A stretch of 57,129 nt of DNA, taken from positions 1-57,129 of the forward strand of contig JAIFNI010000061.1 in the NCBI GenBank assembly GCA_020047785.1, read 5' to 3'. This DNA is from Clostridia bacterium (GTDB taxonomy: Bacteria > Bacillota > Clostridia > DSM-8532). The notes beneath the pieces were generated by a model. It ran no database searches. It saw only the letters and a list, made by a program, of their open reading frames with translations, and had not been told where the DNA came from. Made by a program: the position numbers and the translations under genes. Each line of letters begins with the position of its first letter. Positions within the stretch are counted from its first letter, which is position 1. Below are positions 28,365 to 37,856 of the stretch, piece by piece.

Positions 28365-30010
28365 AAAGGAAGTTGTCCGGGTTTTCTCTTCGTTCCAAAC
28401 TGCTGGCGGTTTTGCTCATTGCAACCATGACGATCCTGTTCGTGATGGGGGCTGCGATGTATTACAGCGCATCACAGGTCATCCGTTCGGAGCTGGCAGA
28501 CAGTACTGCCATGGCCATCGACAAGAGCGCCACGGAATTGGATTTTTATCTGGAGAAGTTATCCGCCACTGCCAGCATCCTGGCCGAGAACCCGCAGGTA
28601 TGCAGGTCTTTCGGGCAGCCGCACGATGCCGGAGCGGATACGGTCAGGGACATGCAGGACGTGAAGGCGATCATTTCGGCTGTCGTTGCTGCCAATTCCG
28701 ATATCCGTTCCATCATCCTCATCGGCGCGGACGGCAGTGTGATCAGCAACGAAACCGGGTTGGACATGCATTTCACGGACAAGGTCATCGAAGAGCCCTG
28801 GTATCAGGAGGTACGGAAAGGAATGATGCCGGTGCTGTCCTCCGCCCGGATGCAGGAATTCTCGATGGACCGCGGCAATTGGGTCATCTCCTACGGGCGT
28901 GAAATCACGAATTTGAGCGGAGATCCCATCGGGGTTCTACGAATTGATCTGAAATACCAGGCCATTGAAACCATTCTGTCCGGTCTGGGTCTGGGAAAAG
29001 ACGGATATGCCTATATTCTGAATGCAAATGGGGATGTGGTGTATCACAGGGACACCTCCTATTTCGAAAACACCGCAAAGAAACAGGAGCTTCGGCAGAT
29101 GCTGGATATGTCCAGCGAGCAGCTGAATCGCGAAGGGATGCTGACCCATCAGGCACGCCTCCAGAAGGCGGACTGGCTTCTGGTCGGCGTCGCCTCTCTG
29201 GATGCCCTTTCCCGCATGCAGCGGGATATCGTCCTCGCCATCTGGCTGCTCGGACTCGCCCTGCTGGTGCTTTCGCTAGCAGCAAGCAGCTGGCTTTCCA
29301 CCCGCATCGCAAAGCCGGTCGAGGCCTTGGTCCGAAAGCAGGAGCAGGATATTCGGGCGCAGGAACTGCGGGTCCTGAACGGGCAAATCAATCCGCATTT
29401 TCTGTACAATACGCTGGACACCATCGTCTGGCTGTCGGAAACCGGAAAAAACGACCGGGTCGTGGACGTGAGCAAGGCGATGGCCCGCTTTTACCGGCTG
29501 TCGCTGCGGGGCGGGAGCGAACAGACGACGGTTCGAGAGGAGCTTGATCATGTCCGGCAGTACCTGCTCATTCAAAAGGAGCGCTACGGAGACATGCTGG
29601 AATTTATGATACAAGGCGATGAGACCGTCCTGGAGGCGACGATTCCGAAGATCCTGCTGCAACCGCTGGTCGAAAATGCGATCTATCATGGAATCCGAAA
29701 AAACGAAAACGGCGGCAGAATCATCGTCGAAGCAAGAATGACACGCACAGATGCCGGAGCAGGAATGGCGGACTCCGCGACCGAGGCGGTCCTGCTTTCT
29801 GTCACAGACAATGGACCGGGTTTTGATGCCTCCGTGCCGGTGGTTCGGGATGACCTGTCCCCCCGCCTGTCCGGCATAGGACTTCACAACATCGACGAAA
29901 GATTGCGTTTGGTATATGGCGCGCCGACATCCCTGCACATTGAAACAGCAGAGGGAAAAGGAACCTGTGTGTCGGTTCGTCTGCCTTTTCGGATACCGAA
30001 GCGGGAATAG
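28361..30010 (+). CDS. Sensor histidine kinase (YesM-like; His_kinase + HATPase_c, extracytoplasmic sensor domain)
   Basis: 549-aa ORF overlapping the regulator stop by 4 nt. QINPHFLYNTLDTI H-box, two TM segments. Confidence 0.85.
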   Translation: MKRKLSGFSLRSKLLAVLLIATMTILFVMGAAMYYSASQVIRSELADSTAMAIDKSATELDFYLEKLSATASILAENPQVCRSFGQPHDAGADTVRDMQDVKAIISAVVAANSDIRSIILIGADGSVISNETGLDMHFTDKVIEEPWYQEVRKGMMPVLSSARMQEFSMDRGNWVISYGREITNLSGDPIGVLRIDLKYQAIETILSGLGLGKDGYAYILNANGDVVYHRDTSYFENTAKKQELRQMLDMSSEQLNREGMLTHQARLQKADWLLVGVASLDALSRMQRDIVLAIWLLGLALLVLSLAASSWLSTRIAKPVEALVRKQEQDIRAQELRVLNGQINPHFLYNTLDTIVWLSETGKNDRVVDVSKAMARFYRLSLRGGSEQTTVREELDHVRQYLLIQKERYGDMLEFMIQGDETVLEATIPKILLQPLVENAIYHGIRKNENGGRIIVEARMTRTDAGAGMADSATEAVLLSVTDNGPGFDASVPVVRDDLSPRLSGIGLHNIDERLRLVYGAPTSLHIETAEGKGTCVSVRLPFRIPKRE

Positions 30011-30053
30011 GATTCCCCCCATCCCGGCCTGGTGATGATTTCGTCCCGCACCA

Positions 30054-32870
30054 CTATTTGGCCTGTATGACGATGATGCCCCGCACTTCTCCAGCATAGA
30101 CCCCATCTTTTGTCCACAAACCACCCATCGTGTTCTCTTTTGTCAAAACAGTCGTATGAGTCCACAGGAAATGAGTCGGCGGCGTATTGACCGCATTGGT
30201 TCCGGTTGTGACCAGGATGGATTTCCCTGCAGCCAACCTGACATTGGCCGGAAAAACAAACTGATGGCCGCTCTGCGTGAGTTTCAGCACCCAACCTGAC
30301 AGATCCAAATCTGCCTGACCGAAATTGTTGATTTCAATACTTCCTTTGGAAACATCGCACCACCCCATGATGTCATGTGCCGGTTTCACCGGTTCCTGCA
30401 AAACGGGCGGTGCAGGCACATGGTTCCTGAACTGCAGATACAAACGATACGCCAATGCCACCGCCTGCTGCTTCGGCGCTGTCCCGCGGGGATTCACCTT
30501 GCCGGCCGATGTTGCCATCACGCCACGATCGATCAGAAAGGAAACAGCCTGGGTTGCCCAGGCGGAAACACTCGCCCGATCGGCAACGGTCAATGGCTTA
30601 CCCGCTATTTGAATATCCGGCCATGCGATTTTCAAGGTATTGGAAAGCATGACAGCCATCTGTTCCCTGGTCAACGTATCCTCCGGAGAAAAACGAACGG
30701 CCGGTGCGACAATGCCAAGCTGATACGCTTTTAAAACATGCGGATCCGACGTATCTCCATAAGGATTTGTCTTGGGAGGAACAGCAGAGACCCTTGACAA
30801 TTTCTCATACAGCCTGACGCAAAGTGCCGCGAAATCCTTTCGTTTGATGGCGTCGCGAAAACCAAACAGCAGCGGATCCGGTACCAGTTCCTCATTCAAA
30901 GCCAGGGCGATTTCCTTCACCGCCCAATTGTCTGGATTTCCTGGAACGGCATACGCATCCACCCATCCATTCGCGTTCCTGATCAGCCAGTGACGTGTTC
31001 CCTGTTTATCCAGAAGTTCCAACCCGGATACAGCATCGGCAATTTGCACCAGCTGGAAGGAAGGGGTTCCGGACAACTTGACGGATGCACCCTCGGATGA
31101 AACCCATTTCCCGGAAACGAGAGATTGATAAATCGGCGTCACCAAGTCCCCATCCTTCAAATGGACACTGTCCATGCTTGTATTCAGACTGTCTTTTTCC
31201 GGGTCCGGCTCAATACCCATCAGCTTGACAGAGCCTCCTGGTTCATCCACCGCAAGCTGCATTTGACAGGACACGCCATTCACCTTCAGCAAACTCACAA
31301 AAGTCTCGCCTTTGCTGGCTGATCCAGTATGAACAAGACCAAGCAGGGACCCTTGCAGCTTCACGGCCATTTGAAGTTTTTGAACTTCCACCAGCCCGGT
31401 TGTTTCGTTGAACACGATGGGATGTGAATACAGCGGCAGCAACGCGCCGTTGACCATTTTCCCAGAAAAAGCACGCGTCGACACCACCTGCCGGCTACTT
31501 CCTGTTGTGAACTTCAAGTTTTCCTGCACATCCGCGAAAGCCAATGATGCCTTCGGCATGGGAAAAGAACCGGATTGGCTGGCTAAAACCGGATATGGGC
31601 TCAACAGGCCACCTGCAGCCGGTACAGGCTGTACCTGGAGAGGTGCAGTCTTTGAAAGCTCATCTGCCAGAATGCTGACAAAATCCTCGTAGTTTTCCGC
31701 AAAATCCAGTTCGCTGTATTTCAGCGAAGAGACCCAGGAACGTTCCTTGTCAAAGAAGGGGAAATACAAGGACAGCCCGGAGGCATTTGGATACGACTCA
31801 CTGTTCAGGTTGTACGCCACCGCCTTTTTCAGGTTGTCATATACAACAGACACTTCTTCAGGGTGAACCCCTTCATCCGTAAGATTTTCCATGAAATGCC
31901 CGATATCAACCAGGTCATAATGCATGCGGGACTGAGGTCTGTACACGTAGGACTCCGATTTTGCACGGGCTCGCAGAACCGGACCCAGCGCACCATCCCG
32001 CCAATCATCGATGAGCAGGTTGCCTAATCGATCGACCGATTCAACCAGCGCAGGGATGTGCTTCAAGTCAATCACGGAAAACGTGATTCTTCCCTCATTT
32101 CCATTCAGAGTAGACTCTTCCCAATAAGCATCCAAGAAAAAATCACCGATTGTCGCCCCGTCGGCTGCCGGATTGTTGAACAATTGACGTATGGCCAATT
32201 CAAAATCCAACCCCTTGCTGGTCATCACCGATTCCGAAGAAACCAGATAATCCGCATAGGGCGCCACCACATCCGCCACCTCCAAAGAACCCATCAGGCA
32301 GGAATTCAGAACAACCGCCTTGATTTTCCTGCCATATTTCAGCCAGTGCGCTTTCAGAGCGGCCTCCAGTTCCTGCAGACTGATTCGGTCATTGTACACA
32401 GGGTCACTGGCAAGTCCGTATACAGGACCACTGCCATGACCCCATATGATAAAGGTTTCCGCATCGGCAGCCATCGTGTCCCGGGTCAGAAACTGAGTCA
32501 GATTTGCACCGCTGCCCATGTTCAGATACTCATTGTTTTCAGGCCCGGTACCATCCAACTCACCATTTGACATGATAAGATCGAAATCCTGCATGAAATG
32601 GTGATTCACTTGTGGATGAAAATATTGAGCCGTTTGCCATTGGTACGTTCCTCTTCCACGAACGTAGACATAGGCATCTTCCCCGCTGATGCCTTTTGTG
32701 CCCAGCATCATCTCCTTCAAATCCCTTGACGGCATCCCGAATTTCTGTTCCAGGTCCGCTCCGGACACATAGACATTTACGACATGCTTTTGAAGTTTTG
32801 CCTGTACGGACTGTATGCTTGTCAATAGAAAAAAGATCATCCCGATGCAAAGAATTCTCTTGTTTTTCAT
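30054..32870 (-). CDS. Secreted clostripain-family (C11) peptidase with three SLH-like repeats and C-terminal lamin-tail-like (LTD) domain
   Basis: 938-aa ORF. Signal peptide (…SIQSVQA). IIWGHGSG and VLNSCLMG candidate His/Cys dyad. SLH-like segments around aa 640-810. C-terminal GSIEINNF...LSGWVL...FVFP pattern. Confidence 0.7.
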   Translation of the reverse strand: MKNKRILCIGMIFFLLTSIQSVQAKLQKHVVNVYVSGADLEQKFGMPSRDLKEMMLGTKGISGEDAYVYVRGRGTYQWQTAQYFHPQVNHHFMQDFDLIMSNGELDGTGPENNEYLNMGSGANLTQFLTRDTMAADAETFIIWGHGSGPVYGLASDPVYNDRISLQELEAALKAHWLKYGRKIKAVVLNSCLMGSLEVADVVAPYADYLVSSESVMTSKGLDFELAIRQLFNNPAADGATIGDFFLDAYWEESTLNGNEGRITFSVIDLKHIPALVESVDRLGNLLIDDWRDGALGPVLRARAKSESYVYRPQSRMHYDLVDIGHFMENLTDEGVHPEEVSVVYDNLKKAVAYNLNSESYPNASGLSLYFPFFDKERSWVSSLKYSELDFAENYEDFVSILADELSKTAPLQVQPVPAAGGLLSPYPVLASQSGSFPMPKASLAFADVQENLKFTTGSSRQVVSTRAFSGKMVNGALLPLYSHPIVFNETTGLVEVQKLQMAVKLQGSLLGLVHTGSASKGETFVSLLKVNGVSCQMQLAVDEPGGSVKLMGIEPDPEKDSLNTSMDSVHLKDGDLVTPIYQSLVSGKWVSSEGASVKLSGTPSFQLVQIADAVSGLELLDKQGTRHWLIRNANGWVDAYAVPGNPDNWAVKEIALALNEELVPDPLLFGFRDAIKRKDFAALCVRLYEKLSRVSAVPPKTNPYGDTSDPHVLKAYQLGIVAPAVRFSPEDTLTREQMAVMLSNTLKIAWPDIQIAGKPLTVADRASVSAWATQAVSFLIDRGVMATSAGKVNPRGTAPKQQAVALAYRLYLQFRNHVPAPPVLQEPVKPAHDIMGWCDVSKGSIEINNFGQADLDLSGWVLKLTQSGHQFVFPANVRLAAGKSILVTTGTNAVNTPPTHFLWTHTTVLTKENTMGGLWTKDGVYAGEVRGIIVIQAK

Positions 32871-32903
32871 GGCATTCCATACTCCCTTTCCACGCTTTCG
32901 GTT

Positions 32904-32944
32904 GATTCATTCTGTGCAGATTCATTCTGTGCAAATTCATTTCG
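32904..32944. repeat. 2.7 tandem copies of a 15-nt unit GATTCATTCTGTGCA
   Basis: Units at 32904-32918, 32919-32933, and partial 32934-32944. In the divergent intergenic region between the C11 peptidase gene and ccdA. Confidence 0.7.
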
Positions 32945-33158
32945 ATTGGTCAATCTCTGGGGATTCCTGAGATTTTTCTTTCCACAGTCTGTACGGATGG
33001 ATTTGCATGGCGTTTCGGATGTGGAATCGAATCATATTGAAGTTTTCCCATGTGCCAATCCACTGAATCATCCGTCTTTCAAGTGCATAATCATGCTATG
33101 GACAGTGTTCAGTTGCGATTCTGCAACAAGCAACCTGGCCTCTCAAGGGGGCATTTGT

Positions 33159-33941
33159 ATGGCAGACATCAGTATTGTATTCGCAGTGAGCGTCTTTGTC
33201 GCAGGGGTTCTTTCTTTTTTCGCTCCCTGCATCATCCCCTTGCTTCCCGTCTATGTGGCCCACTTGTCGGCCAGTGCGGGAGAAGAGGGTACCATCAGAA
33301 AAACATCGAAGCCGGAAAGCGGCAATCCGGCATGCACCGAGGGATCATGTTCCATTGACGCCAAGCCAAAATACACGGTGAATTGGCGTTTGGTCCTGCA
33401 AACACTCGTTTTTGTCAGTGGACTCGGCACTGTATTTGTCATCATGGGTTTTGGTGCAGGTGCACTTGGCGGACTGCTCTCCGGTCGCATTTTTGTGATT
33501 GTTGGCGGCATTCTCGTCATCTTGCTGGGACTTCACCAAACAGGCTTGTTTCATCTGATGTTCCTTGAACGGGAAAGAAGAGTCATGTTGAAAGACAGCG
33601 CACCGAAAGGGGGAATCCTGGGGTCCTATCTGTTGGGATTGACCTTCAGCTTTGGCTGGACGCCCTGTGTGGGACCGGTGCTCGCAACAGTTCTGGTGTT
33701 GGCCTCAAACGGGAATCAGATGCTATATGGTGCAGGACTCATGCTTATCTATACAATCGGCCTCGCCATTCCGTTCCTGCTCATTTCCTTCTTCACGGAC
33801 TATCTGGTGAAATCATTCCGTAAACTCAGTCGGCATTTACCAAAGATCCGCATCGTCGGAGGCATTCTGATCATGATCATGGGTGTATTGCTGATGACCA
33901 GCAACCTGCATCTGTTGAGCAACTGGCTCATCCAAAGATGA
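33159..33941 (+). CDS. ccdA: Cytochrome c biogenesis / thiol-disulfide electron transfer membrane protein CcdA (DsbD core)
   Basis: ORF 32946..33941. ATG 33159 has AGGGGG upstream. FFAPCIIPLLPVY and WTPCVGP motifs, multiple TM segments. Confidence 0.85.
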   Translation: MADISIVFAVSVFVAGVLSFFAPCIIPLLPVYVAHLSASAGEEGTIRKTSKPESGNPACTEGSCSIDAKPKYTVNWRLVLQTLVFVSGLGTVFVIMGFGAGALGGLLSGRIFVIVGGILVILLGLHQTGLFHLMFLERERRVMLKDSAPKGGILGSYLLGLTFSFGWTPCVGPVLATVLVLASNGNQMLYGAGLMLIYTIGLAIPFLLISFFTDYLVKSFRKLSRHLPKIRIVGGILIMIMGVLLMTSNLHLLSNWLIQR

Positions 33942-34053
33942 TTCGGTGCCTGTGCGGCACAGCGCGTGACGGAAAAAGAAGGATTCAAAAGAGAAGGGAT
34001 CTCGATGAAGGGGCGTTTCAAAGCAAACAATCAGTCGAAAGGATGTGGATGCA

Positions 34054-34780
34054 ATGAAGATTCGTAAAAAAGGAATGATGGCATTTTCAGCCGCAGCGAT
34101 GGCCTTATTGCTGGGCTTGACGGGTTGTGGTTCTTCGGTGACGGACCCAACCACCAGAACGACGGATGAACCGGCTGTATCAGCCAGTCCCGAGTTGATG
34201 GACAAAGTGGAGGCGGCGGAATCGGCCAGTCCTGAAATAATGGCCAAAGAGGAGCAGGCGGAATCGGCCAGTCCTGAAATGATGGCCAAAGAGGAGTCCT
34301 GAAATGATGGCCAAAGAGGAAGGTGCTGCGGCGGATGACGCCGGGCTGATGTCTGTCACCTATGAAAAGAACTTCGCCTTGATGGATTTGAGCGGGAAAA
34401 CAGTCAGCCTGAATGATTATGACGGAAAAAAAATATATGTGAAGTTTTGGGGAACCTGGTGTTCCATTTGTCTCGCAGGAATCGACGAACTTGAATCCTT
34501 TGCGGCAGAGCAAAATGGCGGTACCGATGCAGCCGTGATTACCATTGTCGCTCCGGGTGTCAATGGCGAATTCAATCCGGACGACTTCAAGGACTGGTAC
34601 GAAAAGAAGGGGTACACCTTCCCGGTGTTGTTCGATGACGGCGGCAAGGTCCTTCAGGAATTTGGTGTTCGTGCTTTCCCGACATCTGTGATCTTTGAAA
34701 AAAATGGCAGGATCTCCACCATTCGCCCCGGTCATATTGAGAACGAAGACCTCAGGAACCTATTGAACAAGGAACAGTAA
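34054..34780 (+). pseudogene. TlpA/ResA-like thiol-disulfide oxidoreductase lipoprotein, split into two ORFs (34054..34302 and 34304..34780) by a 25-bp tandem duplication
   Basis: ORF1 carries the lipoprotein signal (LLLGLTGC) and AESASPE(I/M)MAKEE repeats, then TGA at 34300. ORF2 carries the thioredoxin fold with WCSIC. Removing one 25-nt copy restores a single frame. Confidence 0.75.
34216..34321 (+). repeat. 42-nt coding tandem repeat (2 full units + truncated third), equivalently a 25-nt direct duplication at 34272-34296 / 34297-34321
   Basis: Read directly: gcggaatcggccagtcctgaaatRatggccaaagaggagcag x2, followed by tcctgaaatgatggccaaagaggaa. Confidence 0.85.
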
Positions 34781-34793
34781 GGAAGTGAAAGAA

Positions 34794-35978
34794 ATGAATG
34801 CAAAAATCGGCATCATAACCGCTGTAGTCGTTGCAATCGTTGTGGCTTTGGGATTCAGCAGAGGGCTGTTTTCCGGAAAGACGGCAACAGGTCAGGCAAA
34901 TGCATCAATGGGAACGGGAGAAACGGCCGGAGGGAACAACCAGATTATTCTGGCGGAACAGGTCTCCGCCTCCGGGTCAAGGTTTCCGAAAAACCCCAAT
35001 ACCAACATCGACTACACGGGCAAAGAATTGAGCGAGATCTATCTGGCAGGCGGCTGCTTCTGGGGTGTGGAAACATTCATGTCCCGCATCTATGGCGTGG
35101 CGGATGTGACCAGCGGATATGCCAACGGCCGGACCGACAACCCTTCCTATGAAGATGTCTCCTACAAGAATACCGGCCATGCCGAGACGGTCCATGTACG
35201 GTATGATCCGGAACGGGTCGACCTGAAAACACTCCTCAATCATTATTTCACCATCATCGAGCCGACCGTTCTCAATCGACAGGGGAATGACCGCGGCACC
35301 CAGTACAGAACCGGCATTTATTATACGGACAAGGCCGATCTGGCGGTGATCAGCGAAGTCGTCAAGGAAGAACAGACCAGGCATGACGAGCCGATTGTCA
35401 CAGAAGTCACACCGCTTCTGCGCTACGATCCGGCAGAAGAATATCATCAGGATTATCTTGAAAAAAACCCGGACGGATACTGCCACATCGACTTCTCCTC
35501 CCTGGAAGAACCCCAGGTGAAAGTAGACCCGAATGATTATGTCAAACCCGATGAATCCATCCTGAAGAAAAACCTGACCGATCTGCAATACAGGGTGACA
35601 CAGAAAAACGCGACAGAGCGCGCCTTCACCAGTGAGCTGTATGACATCAAGGAAGCAGGCATTTATGTGGACATTGTGACGGGCGAACCGTTGTTCAGTT
35701 CAAGGGACAAGTTTGATTCCGGCACAGGCTGGCCGAGTTTCACTTCCCCGATTACCCCGGAGGTGGTTCAGGATTTGTCGGACAACTCAGCCGGCATGGA
35801 GCGCATGGAAGTCAGAAGTCGCGTTGGAGACAGCCATTTGGGACACGTATTTGAGGATGGCCCAGCCGACAAAGGCGGATTGAGATACTGCATCAACGGT
35901 GCCTCGCTCCGCTTCATTCCAAAAGCGGAAATGGCCAACGAAGGATATGGCAAGTTTCTGCCGCTTGTTGAAGAATAA
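34794..35978 (+). CDS. msrAB: Membrane-anchored bifunctional methionine sulfoxide reductase MsrA-MsrB
   Basis: ORF 34785..35978, ATG 34794 (AAGGAAG upstream). N-terminal TM helix, GGCFWGVE (MsrA) and RYCING (MsrB) motifs. Confidence 0.9.
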   Translation: MNAKIGIITAVVVAIVVALGFSRGLFSGKTATGQANASMGTGETAGGNNQIILAEQVSASGSRFPKNPNTNIDYTGKELSEIYLAGGCFWGVETFMSRIYGVADVTSGYANGRTDNPSYEDVSYKNTGHAETVHVRYDPERVDLKTLLNHYFTIIEPTVLNRQGNDRGTQYRTGIYYTDKADLAVISEVVKEEQTRHDEPIVTEVTPLLRYDPAEEYHQDYLEKNPDGYCHIDFSSLEEPQVKVDPNDYVKPDESILKKNLTDLQYRVTQKNATERAFTSELYDIKEAGIYVDIVTGEPLFSSRDKFDSGTGWPSFTSPITPEVVQDLSDNSAGMERMEVRSRVGDSHLGHVFEDGPADKGGLRYCINGASLRFIPKAEMANEGYGKFLPLVEE

Positions 35979-35984
35979 AGGAAA

Positions 35985-36022
35985 AGCCTCCTGCCTGTAC
36001 ACCAGGCAGGAGGCTTTTTTTG
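35985..36022 (+). terminator. Rho-independent terminator after msrAB
   Basis: Stem agcctcctgcctg (35985-35997) / caggcaggaggct (36003-36015), 13 bp perfect, 5-nt loop, followed by a T7 run. Confidence 0.88.
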
Positions 36023-36104
36023 GGTGCAGGATCACACACAGGCACTTTTCATCTTTTGACACAATTTGACACAAATGATGTCAGCTGCTTGCATTCCGGT
36101 TGCC

Positions 36105-36932
36105 CTATCCATCTTTCCGGCAGTGGAAACTCATATAGACGGAGTTGCCGTTCCGCAGATTGTTCAGCACATTGGACCCTTCGCTTCCTGCGAATTCCAT
36201 GAATGATCCGACAAACACTTTCGGGACGTGATTCCGGATGGACTTCAAGCGGCTCTCGTGGCCCATTTCCAACGCATGGACCACTTGAGACGTGATTTCC
36301 GTCTCCTCGAGGATCGTCAGGCTGCTCGCGGAGAGATAGCCTCTCAGCTCCGACAGCGCTTTTCTTTGACGGATGTCCGCAAGAAGAAAGTGGCCCCCTG
36401 GCTTGAGCACACGTACGGCTTCATTCAGAAAAGCGGGAACAGAACCATAACAATGAGAAGATTCGATATTGATGACGACATCATAGCTCTCATCAGGCAA
36501 TGGCAGACATTCGGCATCCCCTTGGATGAACTCCAGCCCGTCGGCATGATAAAGCTTCTGGCACAACTTGACTGCTTCTTGTGAAAAATCGACACCGGTC
36601 ATACGCATTGGACGCAGGTATTTGTGCAGGAACGAGGCTCCGCCTCCACGTCCGCTGCCTACTTCCAATACAGTTCCATTCTCAATCGGCACTTTGACGG
36701 CCAGGTGATGATACAGCTGATAGGACAGACGATTCGGTTCATCATCCGGTTCGAGCGTGGGAATGGGGTCCGCTTCTCCACATGCATACCCGTAGTTCAT
36801 GAAAGCCCAGGTTTCCTGCCGCAAGTTGCGGGCCATCGCATCATACATCCAATGGCGTGTCATTTTCCTGAAAGCCGGAAACCGATGGCAAAGGGAAATA
36901 TAGAGAGCTACAGTCCATTTCTCCGATTTCAT
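36105..36932 (-). CDS. Class I SAM-dependent methyltransferase
   Basis: 275-aa ORF, AGAGGAG RBS. VLEVGSGRGGGA SAM-binding motif. Confidence 0.8.
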   Translation of the reverse strand: MKSEKWTVALYISLCHRFPAFRKMTRHWMYDAMARNLRQETWAFMNYGYACGEADPIPTLEPDDEPNRLSYQLYHHLAVKVPIENGTVLEVGSGRGGGASFLHKYLRPMRMTGVDFSQEAVKLCQKLYHADGLEFIQGDAECLPLPDESYDVVINIESSHCYGSVPAFLNEAVRVLKPGGHFLLADIRQRKALSELRGYLSASSLTILEETEITSQVVHALEMGHESRLKSIRNHVPKVFVGSFMEFAGSEGSNVLNNLRNGNSVYMSFHCRKDG

Positions 36933-37148
36933 TGATTCTCCTCTTTCAGAATTCTAGTTTATGCCATCATCTCATTGATGCATCAACACGTCAATTCTAC
37001 TAGAATCCATAAGAATCCTGCATCATATCCCGATAAAACGAGTTTTGGCAAGAACAGCATTCACGGTTTCTCTGCTGCTTTGGAAAATCCAAACAAAAAG
37101 GAGCAGCTCAATCATCTGAAGCGCTCCCTTTTGGATGAGACTCTGTCG

Positions 37149-37604
37149 CTATTCTTTTATTTCCATTGCGTTCAAACGGGTGCGAACGTTCTGAAGTTGC
37201 GTTTCTAGTCGTGTCGCTTCCAGATTCAGCAAGGCTTTTTCCTCGGCTTCAGCCAAAGGACTGGAATCGGTCACATCCTGCGCCAACCTGGCACCAAGTC
37301 GCCGACCGCAACCCTGGCGGGCACCACGTCCGAGTCCAAGCCCCAAACCGGCATTCGCTCCGCGTCCAAGTCCCAAACCGGCATTCGCTCCACGTCCAAG
37401 TCCCAAACCGGCATTTGCTCCGCGTCCAAGCCCCAAACCGGCATTCGCTCCGCGTCCAAGCCCCAAACCGGCATTCGCTCCGCGTCCAGGTGCAAAGCCG
37501 CTTGTGCCGGCTCCTGTGTCGGTTCCTCCTCCAGCACAATCTCCCATCCCACGTCCTGTGGCTGGTCCCATCCCATTCGGTCCTGTTCCATTCAATCTAG
37601 GCAT
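37149..37604 (-). CDS. DUF5320-like small protein with expanded Gly-rich decapeptide repeat and C-terminal coiled coil
   Basis: ORF 37149..37829. ATG 37604 has AGGAGAG upstream. N-terminus MPRLNGTGPNGMGPATGRGMGDCAGG matches the DUF5320 pattern as I recall it. Five identical GRGANAGLGL units. Confidence 0.7.
   Translation of the reverse strand: MPRLNGTGPNGMGPATGRGMGDCAGGGTDTGAGTSGFAPGRGANAGLGLGRGANAGLGLGRGANAGLGLGRGANAGLGLGRGANAGLGLGLGRGARQGCGRRLGARLAQDVTDSSPLAEAEEKALLNLEATRLETQLQNVRTRLNAMEIKE
37336..37485. repeat. Five tandem 30-nt units inside the DUF5320-like CDS
   Basis: Units at 37336, 37366, 37396, 37426 and 37456. Only three polymorphic positions (37371, 37392, 37416), all at third codon positions. 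Confidence 0.9.
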
Positions 37605-37754
37605 AATACTCTCCTTTCCCTGTTCGCAAGGCCATTCCGGCCTGCACGGCGACTTCCCGGCAACACGCATCCTGTCCGCCAACACAGAAGCATGGTCATG
37701 TTCGTTGTCTTCATTCAGCAATCTGTGAATTGTTTTGGGCATATGCTCATTTAC

Positions 37755-37783
37755 AGTGTAGATCAGTTTTGGGCATATGTCAA
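37755..37783 (-). promoter_or_regulatory. Sigma-70-like promoter for the DUF5320-like gene: TTGACA - 17 nt - TACACT
   Basis: Minus-strand -35 at 37778-37783 and -10 at 37755-37760. A 14-nt direct repeat (plus-strand gttttgggcatatg) at 37766-37779 overlaps the spacer, and a second copy at 37732-37745 lies just downstream of the predicted start site. Confidence 0.5.
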
Positions 37784-37802
37784 TATCGCACTGGTGAATT
37801 CC

Positions 37803-37829
37803 AAAAAAATGCTTCCTTGGTGGAAGCAT
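37803..37829 (-). terminator. Rho-independent terminator after the 37857..38711 ORF
   Basis: On the minus strand: atgcttcc / ggaagcat 8-bp stem (37809-37816 / 37822-37829), 5-nt loop, followed by a U7 tract (A-run 37803-37809 on the plus strand). Confidence 0.7.
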
Positions 37830-37856
37830 CCTTCATTCCTGATTTATCCCATTCCA

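Noticed and set aside
34304-34780. Treating 34304..34780 as an ordinary independent thioredoxin gene.
   Set aside because: Its first codons repeat the preceding ORF's MMAKEE. The upstream ORF is a signal peptide plus linker with no domain of its own. Removing the 25-nt duplication fuses the two perfectly.
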